DNA from: a virus | Length of the DNA stretch: 50,757 bases | Strand: one strand, 5' to 3' | IMG/VR virus record: IMGVR_UViG_3300046724_000204 | In this document: positions 39,949 to 48,355 of the stretch, one piece after another | Layout of the letters: every line of letters begins with the position of its first letter | Numbering within the stretch: the first letter of the stretch is position 1 | The notes under the pieces: model-generated | What the model was told of the DNA's origin: nothing | The model's input: the letters and a program-made list of their open reading frames with translations, nothing else | Database searches by the model: none | Translations under genes and position numbers: made by a program

Positions 39949-42197
39949 GTGTGGCGCCGCCCGCTAAGTCTCTGCTACCCCAGCAGTTTTACTGGGATAC
40001 GTCGGTCGCCCCTGGGCGTGTGTGGGCGGGCGTGCCGCTCACCGAGGACCCGACCGGTCTGGATTTGGTGCTGGATACCGGCAGGGCGGGGGCGATGATC
40101 GGCACGGCGGCACCCGGAAACGTTCCGGGTCCGTTATGGTGGGACTCAAACAGCGGACAGTTATTCATACAATACAATGACGGTAGCTCCACACAATGGG
40201 TGTCCGCGAACAGCATCGACGCGAGCACGCTTGAGGGGAGTTTCCTGCCGATCACGGGCGGGACGGTGACGGGGCCTCTCAACTACACGGCGACCGGCGG
40301 AACGGTGTCGCGTTCAGCGCAGGATCGCGCGGCGGATGTGGCCAACGGGCTGGATTATGGCGCGGACCCGACTGGTGTCGCGGACAGTTCAACCGCGATC
40401 AACGCGGCGGCGGCGGTCCTCGCATCTGGGCCGGATGGTAAGCATAAGTCGGTGTATCTTCCCGCCGGTATTTACCGCGTTAACCATCAGATCACCCTGA
40501 CCGGCAGTCAGGCGTTGTTCGGTGATAGTCGCGGCTCATCCAGGCTTTACGTGGATCAGGCGTTCTCACCGACCGATACGTCAGTGATCTTGTGCCGCGC
40601 GGCGTTTCAGGACGCGGGTCCGGTTATTCACGATCTCGGCATCACGTTCGCACAGCCGTTGAGCCAGACATCGCGCGCCAACTTCAAGACATTGGCGGCG
40701 GGTGGCACGTCCGGTGCTGGGGGGACCGGTATCAGGTATCCGTGGGCAATCGCCGCTGGCGACAGCAGTTTCCGTATTCAGATCAGCCGCGTGCGGATCA
40801 GTCGCGCGTGGGACGGCATCACCAGCAATAATTTCAATGCGGTGTTCTGGCTCGATGATGTCGAGATGTCGGCGTTCGACTGTGGCCTGTCGCTGGGCGA
40901 AGGCCCGACTGGCATTCAGGACTTTTGCCATATCAACGCCTACCACTTCTGGAACTTTGATTTCGCCGACAGTGATCCGCTGTTCAGTGTTTTCGCTGAC
41001 GGCAACACCATCGCCATGCGTGTCGGTCGCGTGGATGGCCTGGACATCAAAGGGTTTACGTCATTGATGGGGCGGTTGGTGGTCACACCGGACAGTGCTG
41101 GGGCCACCAGCATTCACATCGCGAACTGCATGCTGGATACCGATCAGGCGACCATCGACATCAACGGCGACATGCTACAGTTCCAGATCAGCAATATGTA
41201 TGGCGTGGCGGGAACCGGGCGGTTGCGTCCTCTGGTTTCGGTGAACGCCGCGTGCAACCTGAACATCACCAACTACTACTCGCATTCCACTTCGAACTTC
41301 TCCGAGTTCCTGTTGACCAACGACAATGCCATCGTCGGCATCACCAACTTTCGGGCTATGTTCTATACCACAAATATACCATGGGCCGAGGTAAGACAGG
41401 GCTTTCTCAGGATAACGAACGGATACCTGTTCACTCCGGCTCGCACGGTCGCCGCCATCGCGGAGACGGTGAACGGCAGGCTGGTCGTGGATAACATCAC
41501 GGTAACCGCTTCCGGTGGTGCCACGACCGGGCCGTTGATTTCGATGGTAACCGCCAACGCGCAAAGCAGTATCGGAAGGCTCGCGTTGGACCCCGCCGCC
41601 GCGTGGACGTTCACGATACCGGCGGGTGTGACACAGCAGTTTTACAGTCCTCAGACGCAGTTCTTTGGCGCGGTGTTTGGGAAGTCCCTGATCCAGGCCG
41701 GTGTGGCTACCGGGGGTAGTCAGGGCACCGTTGCCATCACGGGCGCGGCGGGAGAACAGAAAGCATTGATGTATCAACGCGGGGCCAACCCTGGCTGGGG
41801 CATCATGGCGCAGGGCGCGAGCGATGATCTCAACATCGCGCGCTGGGATAACGCGGGAACATTTCTTGGTAACGCGTTATCCATCAACCGGGCTGCGGGC
41901 ACGACCACGTTCGGCAGTGGGATCAGTTTTGGTTCAACCACCGTGACCGGCGTCGATCTGTCTCGCCATGTTTCGCTGTATGATGGTTACGCCGGGTTCA
42001 ATGTCACGTCGGGCGCGATGAACTTCGTCATAACCGGAACGGTGCCGCTCTCCGTCATCGGGTCGGCGGCGGGCCTCGCGATGCCATTGCTGCGGACTTC
42101 CACCAGTTTCGCCAACGACGCGGCGGCGGCGACCGGTGGCGTGCCGGTTGGCGGTATCTACCGCAATGCCTCACAGGTCATGGTGCGCGTGACATGA
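39945..42197 (+). CDS. Tailspike 1, pectate-lyase-like beta-helix (depolymerase candidate)
   Basis: ATGA overlap with the fibre gene. VANGLDYGADPTGVADSSTAINAAAAVL...KSVYLPAGIYRVNHQITL is the N-terminal signature of right-handed beta-helix glycanases. 750 aa. Confidence 0.75.
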   Translation: MSVAPPAKSLLPQQFYWDTSVAPGRVWAGVPLTEDPTGLDLVLDTGRAGAMIGTAAPGNVPGPLWWDSNSGQLFIQYNDGSSTQWVSANSIDASTLEGSFLPITGGTVTGPLNYTATGGTVSRSAQDRAADVANGLDYGADPTGVADSSTAINAAAAVLASGPDGKHKSVYLPAGIYRVNHQITLTGSQALFGDSRGSSRLYVDQAFSPTDTSVILCRAAFQDAGPVIHDLGITFAQPLSQTSRANFKTLAAGGTSGAGGTGIRYPWAIAAGDSSFRIQISRVRISRAWDGITSNNFNAVFWLDDVEMSAFDCGLSLGEGPTGIQDFCHINAYHFWNFDFADSDPLFSVFADGNTIAMRVGRVDGLDIKGFTSLMGRLVVTPDSAGATSIHIANCMLDTDQATIDINGDMLQFQISNMYGVAGTGRLRPLVSVNAACNLNITNYYSHSTSNFSEFLLTNDNAIVGITNFRAMFYTTNIPWAEVRQGFLRITNGYLFTPARTVAAIAETVNGRLVVDNITVTASGGATTGPLISMVTANAQSSIGRLALDPAAAWTFTIPAGVTQQFYSPQTQFFGAVFGKSLIQAGVATGGSQGTVAITGAAGEQKALMYQRGANPGWGIMAQGASDDLNIARWDNAGTFLGNALSINRAAGTTTFGSGISFGSTTVTGVDLSRHVSLYDGYAGFNVTSGAMNFVITGTVPLSVIGSAAGLAMPLLRTSTSFANDAAAATGGVPVGGIYRNASQVMVRVT

Positions 42198-42391
42198 ACC
42201 CCACTGACCGCATACCCGTGATCCTCGACGCGCAAACATGGGAAACCGTGCTGCGTGTGATCGCCCAGGCCCCGGTTCCCTACGCCGTTGTCGCGCCTCT
42301 GATCGCGTCGATCCAGCAACAATGCGCCAACCACACCGTGGCGGACGATCCACAACCGATGGTGCCGCGCGTTGTGATGAAGGAGGCATAG
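42194..42391 (+). CDS. Small hypothetical protein between the two tailspike genes
   Basis: 65 aa with ATGA overlap with tailspike 1. The next gene starts 3 nt after its stop. No family recognised. Confidence 0.45.
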   Translation: MNPTDRIPVILDAQTWETVLRVIAQAPVPYAVVAPLIASIQQQCANHTVADDPQPMVPRVVMKEA

Positions 42392-42393
42392 CA

Positions 42394-44493
42394 ATGCCGC
42401 TAGACTTTCCTAATACGCCTACCGATGGCCAGATATTCAATGCTGCTGGCGTAAGCTGGATGTGGGATGGCACCAAGTGGACATCCGTGTTGAGCGCGGG
42501 TGGGCCGTTTTTGCCATTGGCTGGCGGCGACATGACCGGGCCGCTCAACTATGTCGCGACCAGTGGCACGACGAAACGGTCGGCGCAGGATCGTAGTGCT
42601 GACGTTGCTAATGCGCTGGACTTCGGTGCCGATCCAACCGGGGTGGCCGACAGTTCAGCGGCGATAAACGCGGCGGCGGCGGTCGTGGGACCGAATGGAC
42701 GTTACAAGACAGTTTATTTGCCGATAGGCACGTATCGGGTCAATCGTCAGATCACCTTGACGCAATCGCAGGGTTTGGTCGGTGACGCGCGCGGCTCATC
42801 AATCCTTTATGTGGATCAGGCGTTTTCACCGACTGATACGTCGGTGATCCTGGTCAGGGCGGCGTTTCGGGACGCGGGACCGGTGTTACGTGATTTTGGC
42901 ATCACGTTCGCGCAGCCACAGGATCAGACCTCGCGTGCTAACTTCAAAACACTGGCCGCTGGCGGAACATCCGGCCCTGGTGGAACCGGTGTTAAATATC
43001 CGTGGGCTATCGCCGCCGGAGACGACAGCTTCCGCACACAGATCATGCGGGTGCGGATCGGTGGTGCGTGGGACGGCATCACCAGCAACGGGCACAACGC
43101 GGTGTTCTGGCTCGATGACATCGAGATGGGCGCGCTGGATTGCGGCGTGTCGCTGGGCGAAGGCGCGAGCGGCGGTATCCTCGATTTCTGTCACAGCAGC
43201 GGATACCATTTCTGGGCGTTTGATATCAGCGGCGCGCTGCTCAACAATGTATTTTACGATGGGCAGACGACGGCGTTGCGTGTCGGTCGCGTGGATGGTC
43301 TCGACATACGGGACTTTTCATCTTTTTGCGGGCGTCTGATCGTCACGGCGGAGAGCGCGGGTAATACGTCCATCCATATCGTCAACTGCATGATGGACAC
43401 GGATCAGGCCACGATTGAGATAAATGGCGCGATGTCGCACATGCACATCGCTAATATCCTGGGCTCGGCCAACACCAACAGGCCACGCCCGTTCATTTCC
43501 GTGAACGCCACTTGCCGCCTGCACATCAACAATTATTACTCACACTCGTCCTCCAACTTTCCTGAGTTTCTGCTGACCGACTACGGCGCTGATGTGACGC
43601 TCGATAACTTCAACGCTATCTTTTATCCCAACGATATCCGCTGGGCGGAGGTCCAGCGCGGTGTACTGCGGATCGTGAACGGCGGTTTGTTCCTGCAAGG
43701 CCCACGCACGGTCTCCGCTATAGCTGAGACGGTGAACGGTAATCTGATCATCGACAATGTGGCCATCTCGGCGACAACCCAGGCGGGTCCGTTGATTTCA
43801 GTCACGTCCGTGGGCGCCTGGACAATGATTGGTTGTCTTCAGTTGCAAGCCGGTCATGCCTGGACGTTCGCGCTACCCGCCGGGCTGACCCAGACATTTT
43901 ATAGTCCAGCCGTGACGCTCTCTGGCGCGGTTGCCGCTGGCTCGCTGTTCTCCAATGGTGTGGTGCAGGCGGGTAAACCCGGTAGTCCAGGGACCGTCGC
44001 CATTGGTGGCGCGGCGGGCGAACAAAAAGCATTGCACTTCATGCGCGGGGCCAACAATGGATGGAGTTGGATGGCGCAGGGTGCCACTGATGACCTTAAC
44101 CTCGCGCGGTGGAATGACAGCGGTGTGTTTCAGGGTAACGCGGTCAGCATCGCCCGCTCAACTGGTGTGCTCACGTTCGGTGGCGGGGTGGCATTCACGG
44201 GTGCTTTGGGTGCTTCCGTTACTGATCTCAGTAAACACATTCAACTCTACCAAGGTTCGGACGTTGGTTTCAGCGTAACGCCGTCGAGGATCAACTATGT
44301 TGTGTCAGTGAACGCGGTACATGCGTTTGTCGTTGGTGGGAACGACCAGTTCAGTGTGTCCAATCTCGCGATCATGATGCAACAGGTGCGAGGCATGGCG
44401 AGCTACGCCAACGACGGCGCGGCGGCGACTGGTGGTGTGGCGGTAGGCCAACTCTACCGCAACGGCAGCGCCGTCATGGTGCGTGTCGCATGA
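42394..44493 (+). CDS. Tailspike 2, paralogue of tailspike 1
   Basis: Trimmed to ATG 42394 (GAAGGAGG upstream). Shares GPLNY.AT.GT..RSAQDR.ADVAN.LD.GADPTGVADSS.AINAAAAV, ...TSRANFKTLAAGGTSG.GGTG..YPWAIAAGD.SFR.QI.RVRI..AWDGITSN... and the C-terminal ANDAAAATGGV.VG..YRN.S.VMVRV with 39945..42197. Confidence 0.75.
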   Translation: MPLDFPNTPTDGQIFNAAGVSWMWDGTKWTSVLSAGGPFLPLAGGDMTGPLNYVATSGTTKRSAQDRSADVANALDFGADPTGVADSSAAINAAAAVVGPNGRYKTVYLPIGTYRVNRQITLTQSQGLVGDARGSSILYVDQAFSPTDTSVILVRAAFRDAGPVLRDFGITFAQPQDQTSRANFKTLAAGGTSGPGGTGVKYPWAIAAGDDSFRTQIMRVRIGGAWDGITSNGHNAVFWLDDIEMGALDCGVSLGEGASGGILDFCHSSGYHFWAFDISGALLNNVFYDGQTTALRVGRVDGLDIRDFSSFCGRLIVTAESAGNTSIHIVNCMMDTDQATIEINGAMSHMHIANILGSANTNRPRPFISVNATCRLHINNYYSHSSSNFPEFLLTDYGADVTLDNFNAIFYPNDIRWAEVQRGVLRIVNGGLFLQGPRTVSAIAETVNGNLIIDNVAISATTQAGPLISVTSVGAWTMIGCLQLQAGHAWTFALPAGLTQTFYSPAVTLSGAVAAGSLFSNGVVQAGKPGSPGTVAIGGAAGEQKALHFMRGANNGWSWMAQGATDDLNLARWNDSGVFQGNAVSIARSTGVLTFGGGVAFTGALGASVTDLSKHIQLYQGSDVGFSVTPSRINYVVSVNAVHAFVVGGNDQFSVSNLAIMMQQVRGMASYANDGAAATGGVAVGQLYRNGSAVMVRVA

Positions 44494-44585
44494 GAACCAG
44501 AACCCAACACTACTGCCCGGCATGCAAGCGGTTCGTGCTCACGTGTGATCACTGGATCGTGGCGCCAACGCGGTTGGCCCAATGA
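44490..44585 (+). CDS. Candidate 31-aa zinc-ribbon-like micro-protein
   Basis: Not in the ORF track. Its ATG overlaps the tailspike 2 stop (ATGA at 44490-93), and its stop at 44583-85 abuts the next ATG at 44586. Translation MRTRTQHYCPACKRFVLTCDHWIVAPTRLAQ (C-x2-C-x7-C-x-H). Confidence 0.3.
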   Translation: MRTRTQHYCPACKRFVLTCDHWIVAPTRLAQ

Positions 44586-44855
44586 ATGCCCATCTGGCTC
44601 AAAGCCCTCGCCACGCTGGCGCCCATCCTTCTCGGCGCGCTGGTCAGCATCGCCTGGAGCAACTCGCATGCCCTGTCCGTGCTGGCGATCAACGTGGAAC
44701 ACCTCCGCGTGGATCTGGAACGCACGCGCGCATCGCTGGAACCGGGGAGGACGATCATGCTGCGGCTTGATACCAACGAGAAACAGTTGGACCACCTCCG
44801 CGAACTGGTCGAGGCGCGGCTGGTGTGCCCGCCGTCACCGGTCAGGGAGCGATGA
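44586..44855 (+). CDS. N-terminally membrane-anchored coiled-coil protein (lysis/spanin-like candidate)
   Basis: 89 aa. WLKALATLAPILLGALVSIAW is a TM helix, followed by a charged helical region (EHLRVDLERTRASLE...NEKQLDHLRELVEARL). The overlapping frame 44545..44886 is W/R-rich and was rejected. Confidence 0.45.
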   Translation: MPIWLKALATLAPILLGALVSIAWSNSHALSVLAINVEHLRVDLERTRASLEPGRTIMLRLDTNEKQLDHLRELVEARLVCPPSPVRER

Positions 44856-45094
44856 ACATGTGTTTCAGCGCCGCGTGGTTCGTTAATCTGCTGATCTGGT
44901 TGATCGTGCTCTGTGCCGTCGTGGCGATCTTTCGGCTCGTGTTGCCCACGGTGCTGGGCTGGCTCGGTGTCGCCGGAACCCTGGTGATGCAGGTCCTGAA
45001 CATCATATTGATTGCCTTCGTGCTGATCGTTCTTGTCTGGTTTTGTTACGATCTGTTGACGTGCGCGGGCGGCACCAGTCTGCGCGTTCGATGA
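44852..45094 (+). CDS. Holin-like small membrane protein (2-3 TM helices)
   Basis: Start ATG 44852 overlaps the previous stop (ATGA). AAWFVNLLIWLIVLCAVVAIF, LGWLGVAGTLVMQVL and NIILIAFVLIVLVWFCY are hydrophobic segments. Confidence 0.4.
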   Translation: MNMCFSAAWFVNLLIWLIVLCAVVAIFRLVLPTVLGWLGVAGTLVMQVLNIILIAFVLIVLVWFCYDLLTCAGGTSLRVR

Positions 45095-45110
45095 AAGGGA
45101 GACCTGAGCC

Positions 45111-45653
45111 ATGTCCGAGACCCCGGTGAACAACCCGGCATATGAAGTTCCTCCAGGGCACGCCGACGCACCGCCGCCGGTCCCCAGGGAAGCCACCCCA
45201 GATCCCCAGACCCAGGAGTACCTGGACGGCTTCACCAAAGCCCCCGATCCGCGCGATCCGCCAACCAGCGAACTCACGCCCGGGGAGCTTTTTCCACCCA
45301 CGACGAACGTGGGTGGCGAGGCCCCCGGCGCCACGGCTCCGCCCGTGAACGTGGACGTGCCGGTCGTGACGCAGGACGGTGCCGTGCTGAACTGCACCAT
45401 GGGTAACTGGGAGGGCACGCCCGATACCTACGCCTATCAATGGAAAGGCGGCGGCGTTGACGTGGGCGACGGCACGGCGGTCCATGCGTTGACCGGCGCC
45501 GACACGGGTGTGGATTTCAACTGCGTGGTGACCGCCACGAACGCCGCCGGGTCCACCGTGGCGCCATCCTCGAACACGGTGACCGTCACCGATCCCGCCG
45601 GGGATGCCGTTCGCGAGACCAGTCATCGTCGGGGCCGGGATAACCACCGATGA
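45111..45653 (+). CDS. Ig-like domain protein (Pro-rich N-terminus)
   Basis: GAVLNCTMGNWEGTPDTYAYQWKGGGVDVGDGTAVHALTGADTGVDFNCVVTATNAAGSTVAPS is the L-x-C-x-x-G-x-W-x-G-x-P...Y-x-Y-Q-W...C-x-V-T-A-x-N-x-x-G pattern of bacterial/phage Ig-like repeats. Confidence 0.5.
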   Translation: MSETPVNNPAYEVPPGHADAPPPVPREATPDPQTQEYLDGFTKAPDPRDPPTSELTPGELFPPTTNVGGEAPGATAPPVNVDVPVVTQDGAVLNCTMGNWEGTPDTYAYQWKGGGVDVGDGTAVHALTGADTGVDFNCVVTATNAAGSTVAPSSNTVTVTDPAGDAVRETSHRRGRDNHR

Positions 45654-46021
45654 GCCTTTCCCCGGCGCCGCACCCGCCATCGGTGTTCCGCTACCTGAAG
45701 CAGGCATGGCGGGAGTTTCTGCTTACGGGTGGCGGCTACACGCTCACGATCAACGCCCCGGCGGGGCAGGCGGCGGCGAACCCGCTCACCGTATCGGGAA
45801 CCGTAAGCGCCGATCCGAGCGTGCCGCTCCCCATACCGGTGACCGTGACGCTCACCCAGGCCAGCGTCGTCAAGGCCACCCAGATCGTCGGCGCCAACGT
45901 CACCACGGGCGCCTGGAGCGTGACTTTCCCGGGCGCCACGCTGGCGGCGGGATCGGCCACGGCGTCGGCGGATACCGATTATGGCGCGCCCATCAACTCC
46001 AGCGCGTTCACGATGACCTGA
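45650..46021 (+). CDS. Hypothetical beta-rich protein (123 aa), possibly Ig-like
   Basis: ATGA overlap with the previous gene. The T/V/A-rich sequence (LTVSGTVSADPSVPLPIPVTVTLTQASVVKATQIVGANVTTGAWSVTFPG) suggests a beta-sandwich. Confidence 0.35.
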   Translation: MSLSPAPHPPSVFRYLKQAWREFLLTGGGYTLTINAPAGQAAANPLTVSGTVSADPSVPLPIPVTVTLTQASVVKATQIVGANVTTGAWSVTFPGATLAAGSATASADTDYGAPINSSAFTMT

Positions 46022-46024
46022 GCC

Positions 46025-46207
46025 ATGGCAAGCACCGAAAACCAGAACATGCAGGCTTACGTCAGGGGCCAGATGACCGCGCGCAGGAAGGCCGCGATGA
46101 AGCGGGCCCTGGCGAAAGACACGGCGATGGAAGCCCAGCCCGGCGCCGCGCCGGAAGGCTCGCCGGGGGATACGGCCCGGGACGCCAAACTCGGTATCAA
46201 GGACTGA
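46025..46207 (+). CDS. Small hypothetical protein (60 aa)
   Basis: Tightly packed. The N-terminus NQNMQAYVRGQM is paralogous to the N-terminus of the next ORF. Confidence 0.4.
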   Translation: MASTENQNMQAYVRGQMTARRKAAMKRALAKDTAMEAQPGAAPEGSPGDTARDAKLGIKD

Positions 46208-46211
46208 AACC

Positions 46212-46790
46212 ATGGCCGATCAGCAGGACATGCTGGCCTACGTGAAAGGCCGGATGGCCGGGACCGAGGCACCGCCAGCTCCGGTCGAGGACCCGATGAA
46301 ATCCTATGTCGTGGCGCAGGGCGCCAGGGGCGCTTTGGTGCCGCCTACCACGATGATGGACAGTCCTCAGTATCTCGTTCTCCCCGACCCGGGAGATGAG
46401 CCCGTGGCCCGGGGTGTCGGCCCGAACGCGGTGGAGACCACGAAACTGCCACACCTTCAGCGACAGGCTGACCTGATGCGTCAGATGGAAGAGACGCGGG
46501 CCGCGATGAGCAAAGCCGAGGGGACGCCCGCTTTCCAGCCGTTATACGACAAGTTCATGGCGCTCTACGATGCGCACCGGCAGGCATACAAAGCAGGCCC
46601 GGTGGGGAACCTCATCAGGAAAGAAGACCAGATCGAGGCCGGCGCGAAAGCTAACGCGGCTGACATCCAGGAGGGCGCCGATGCTCGCCGGGCGGCGCCG
46701 CGTCAGTCTTTGCCGCCGCCCGCTCCCGGCGGGGTGCCGCTCGACGCGCCGCCCACCATGCCGGTCGTGCCTTCGGTGCCGATGTCGTGA
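46212..46790 (+). CDS. Hypothetical protein in the position of a small terminase subunit
   Basis: 192 aa. Its stop overlaps the GTG start of the large terminase gene (GTGA at 46787-90). I could not see a recognisable HTH, so the call rests on position only. Confidence 0.3.
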   Translation: MADQQDMLAYVKGRMAGTEAPPAPVEDPMKSYVVAQGARGALVPPTTMMDSPQYLVLPDPGDEPVARGVGPNAVETTKLPHLQRQADLMRQMEETRAAMSKAEGTPAFQPLYDKFMALYDAHRQAYKAGPVGNLIRKEDQIEAGAKANAADIQEGADARRAAPRQSLPPPAPGGVPLDAPPTMPVVPSVPMS

Positions 46791-48355
46791 CACCGGACGA
46801 GCAACGCTATGAGATGGTCCTCAAGCGGCTGATCGCCGTCAAAGACGCGCGCGACGATCTCCTGGCGTTCACCCGCCTGATGATGCCGGTCCCGGGTTAC
46901 ACTTCGGACCCGGATTTCAGCCGTTACGATGCTCAAAGGTTCCACCGGATCATGTGCGTGGGACTGGAGGAACTGGAGAAAGGCACGATAAAACGCCTGA
47001 TCATCAGTCTCCCACCACGACACGGTAAGACCGAACTGGCGAGCAAGAAGTTTCCCGCGTGGTTCGTGGGCAGGAACCCGGCGAAAAGCTTGATATTTGG
47101 CACATATAACGAGAAGTTCGGCCAGGACATAGGTCGCGCGGTCCGGGACACAATGCTGACGCCGGCCTTCGCCCAGGTGTTCCCCGACGTGGTGCTCAAA
47201 CAGGACAGCCTCGCGTCGGACAGGCTTCAGACGAAGCAAGGCGGCATCATGGCGTTCGTGGGTCGAGGGGGAACCACCACGGGACGCGGCGGCGACGTGC
47301 TGATCATCGATGATCCACTCAAGGACCGTCACGAGGCTGACTCACCCACCATCCGGGACACGCTGTGGACGTGGTTCACCCAGGTCATCGCGTCCCGTCT
47401 CATGGACGAAACGGGCCGGATTTTGCTCATCCAGACCAGATGGCATCAGGATGATCTCGTTGGGCGCCTCACCGACCCAACCAATAGTTACTATGATCCC
47501 GAGGAAGCCGCCGAGTGGCGCATCATCGACATGCCGGCGCTGGCGGTGGACGCGCACAAGGACCCCCTCAAGCGCGCCGAGGGTGATCCGCTGTGGCCGA
47601 ACCGGTTTGGACGGAACTTCCTCCTGGGTTTGCAAAGGCGTGACGCGCGAGGCTTCAGCGCACTCTACCAGGGCAGGCCCAGCCCAGCCGGGGGCACCTT
47701 CTTTTCGTCCAAATGGATACAAACCTACCGTCCCGCCGAGTTACCCACCAACCTGCGCATCTACGCCGCGTCCGATCACGCCGTCAGCATGAAGCAGGAC
47801 AGCGACAAGACCTGCCTGATGTGCGTCGGCGTGGACGAGGACGATAATATCTGGATACTGGCTGATCTCTTGTGGCGGCAGATGACGGCGGAACAGGCGG
47901 TCGAGGCCATGCTGCGCATGATGCGGGCGCATAAACCCGTCTTTTGGTGGGCGGAACGCAGCATGATCTCCAAGAGCATCGGTCCCTTCCTCAGGAAGCG
48001 CATGCTGGAGACCAAAACCTTCTGTTCGATCATCGAAATGCAGCCGATAGCTGACAAGCAGACCCGCGCGCAGTCCATTCAGGGCCGCATGAGCATGGGC
48101 AAGGTGCGCTTTCCCGAGCGAGCGCCCTGGTGGCCCATGGCCAGGGACCAGATGCTGAAGTTCCCCTACGACGCGCACGATGATTTCGTGGATACGCTGA
48201 GCTACGTGGGCCTGGGGCTTACCCTTCAGATAGGCGCGGGCCGTACCCGCATCAAAACCGACGACAACGCCGAGGGCACGTTCGGCTGGCTGAAGAATGA
48301 ACGCGATATGGCCGAGCGGTCCGTGCGTCAGGGCTTCGGCGCGGGAGGCTGGTGA
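46787..48355 (+). CDS. terL: Terminase large subunit
   Basis: SLPPRHGKTE (Walker A-like), VLIIDDPLKD (Walker B), QTRWHQDDL (coupling motif), and nuclease-domain acidic residues (YAASDHA, DAHDDFVDT). 522 aa. Confidence 0.9.
   Translation: MTPDEQRYEMVLKRLIAVKDARDDLLAFTRLMMPVPGYTSDPDFSRYDAQRFHRIMCVGLEELEKGTIKRLIISLPPRHGKTELASKKFPAWFVGRNPAKSLIFGTYNEKFGQDIGRAVRDTMLTPAFAQVFPDVVLKQDSLASDRLQTKQGGIMAFVGRGGTTTGRGGDVLIIDDPLKDRHEADSPTIRDTLWTWFTQVIASRLMDETGRILLIQTRWHQDDLVGRLTDPTNSYYDPEEAAEWRIIDMPALAVDAHKDPLKRAEGDPLWPNRFGRNFLLGLQRRDARGFSALYQGRPSPAGGTFFSSKWIQTYRPAELPTNLRIYAASDHAVSMKQDSDKTCLMCVGVDEDDNIWILADLLWRQMTAEQAVEAMLRMMRAHKPVFWWAERSMISKSIGPFLRKRMLETKTFCSIIEMQPIADKQTRAQSIQGRMSMGKVRFPERAPWWPMARDQMLKFPYDAHDDFVDTLSYVGLGLTLQIGAGRTRIKTDDNAEGTFGWLKNERDMAERSVRQGFGAGGW

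Noticed and set aside
39945-44493. Duplicated tailspike segments as the template/variable repeats of a diversity-generating retroelement
   Set aside because: No reverse transcriptase gene exists anywhere in the genome. The shared segments are long, protein-level conserved blocks and not a short adenine-specific TR/VR pair.
44545-44886. 113-aa ORF overlapping the membrane-anchored coiled-coil gene in another frame
   Set aside because: Its translation is W/R/S-rich without structure. The alternative frame 44586..44855 gives a clean TM helix plus a charged helix and abuts its neighbours exactly.
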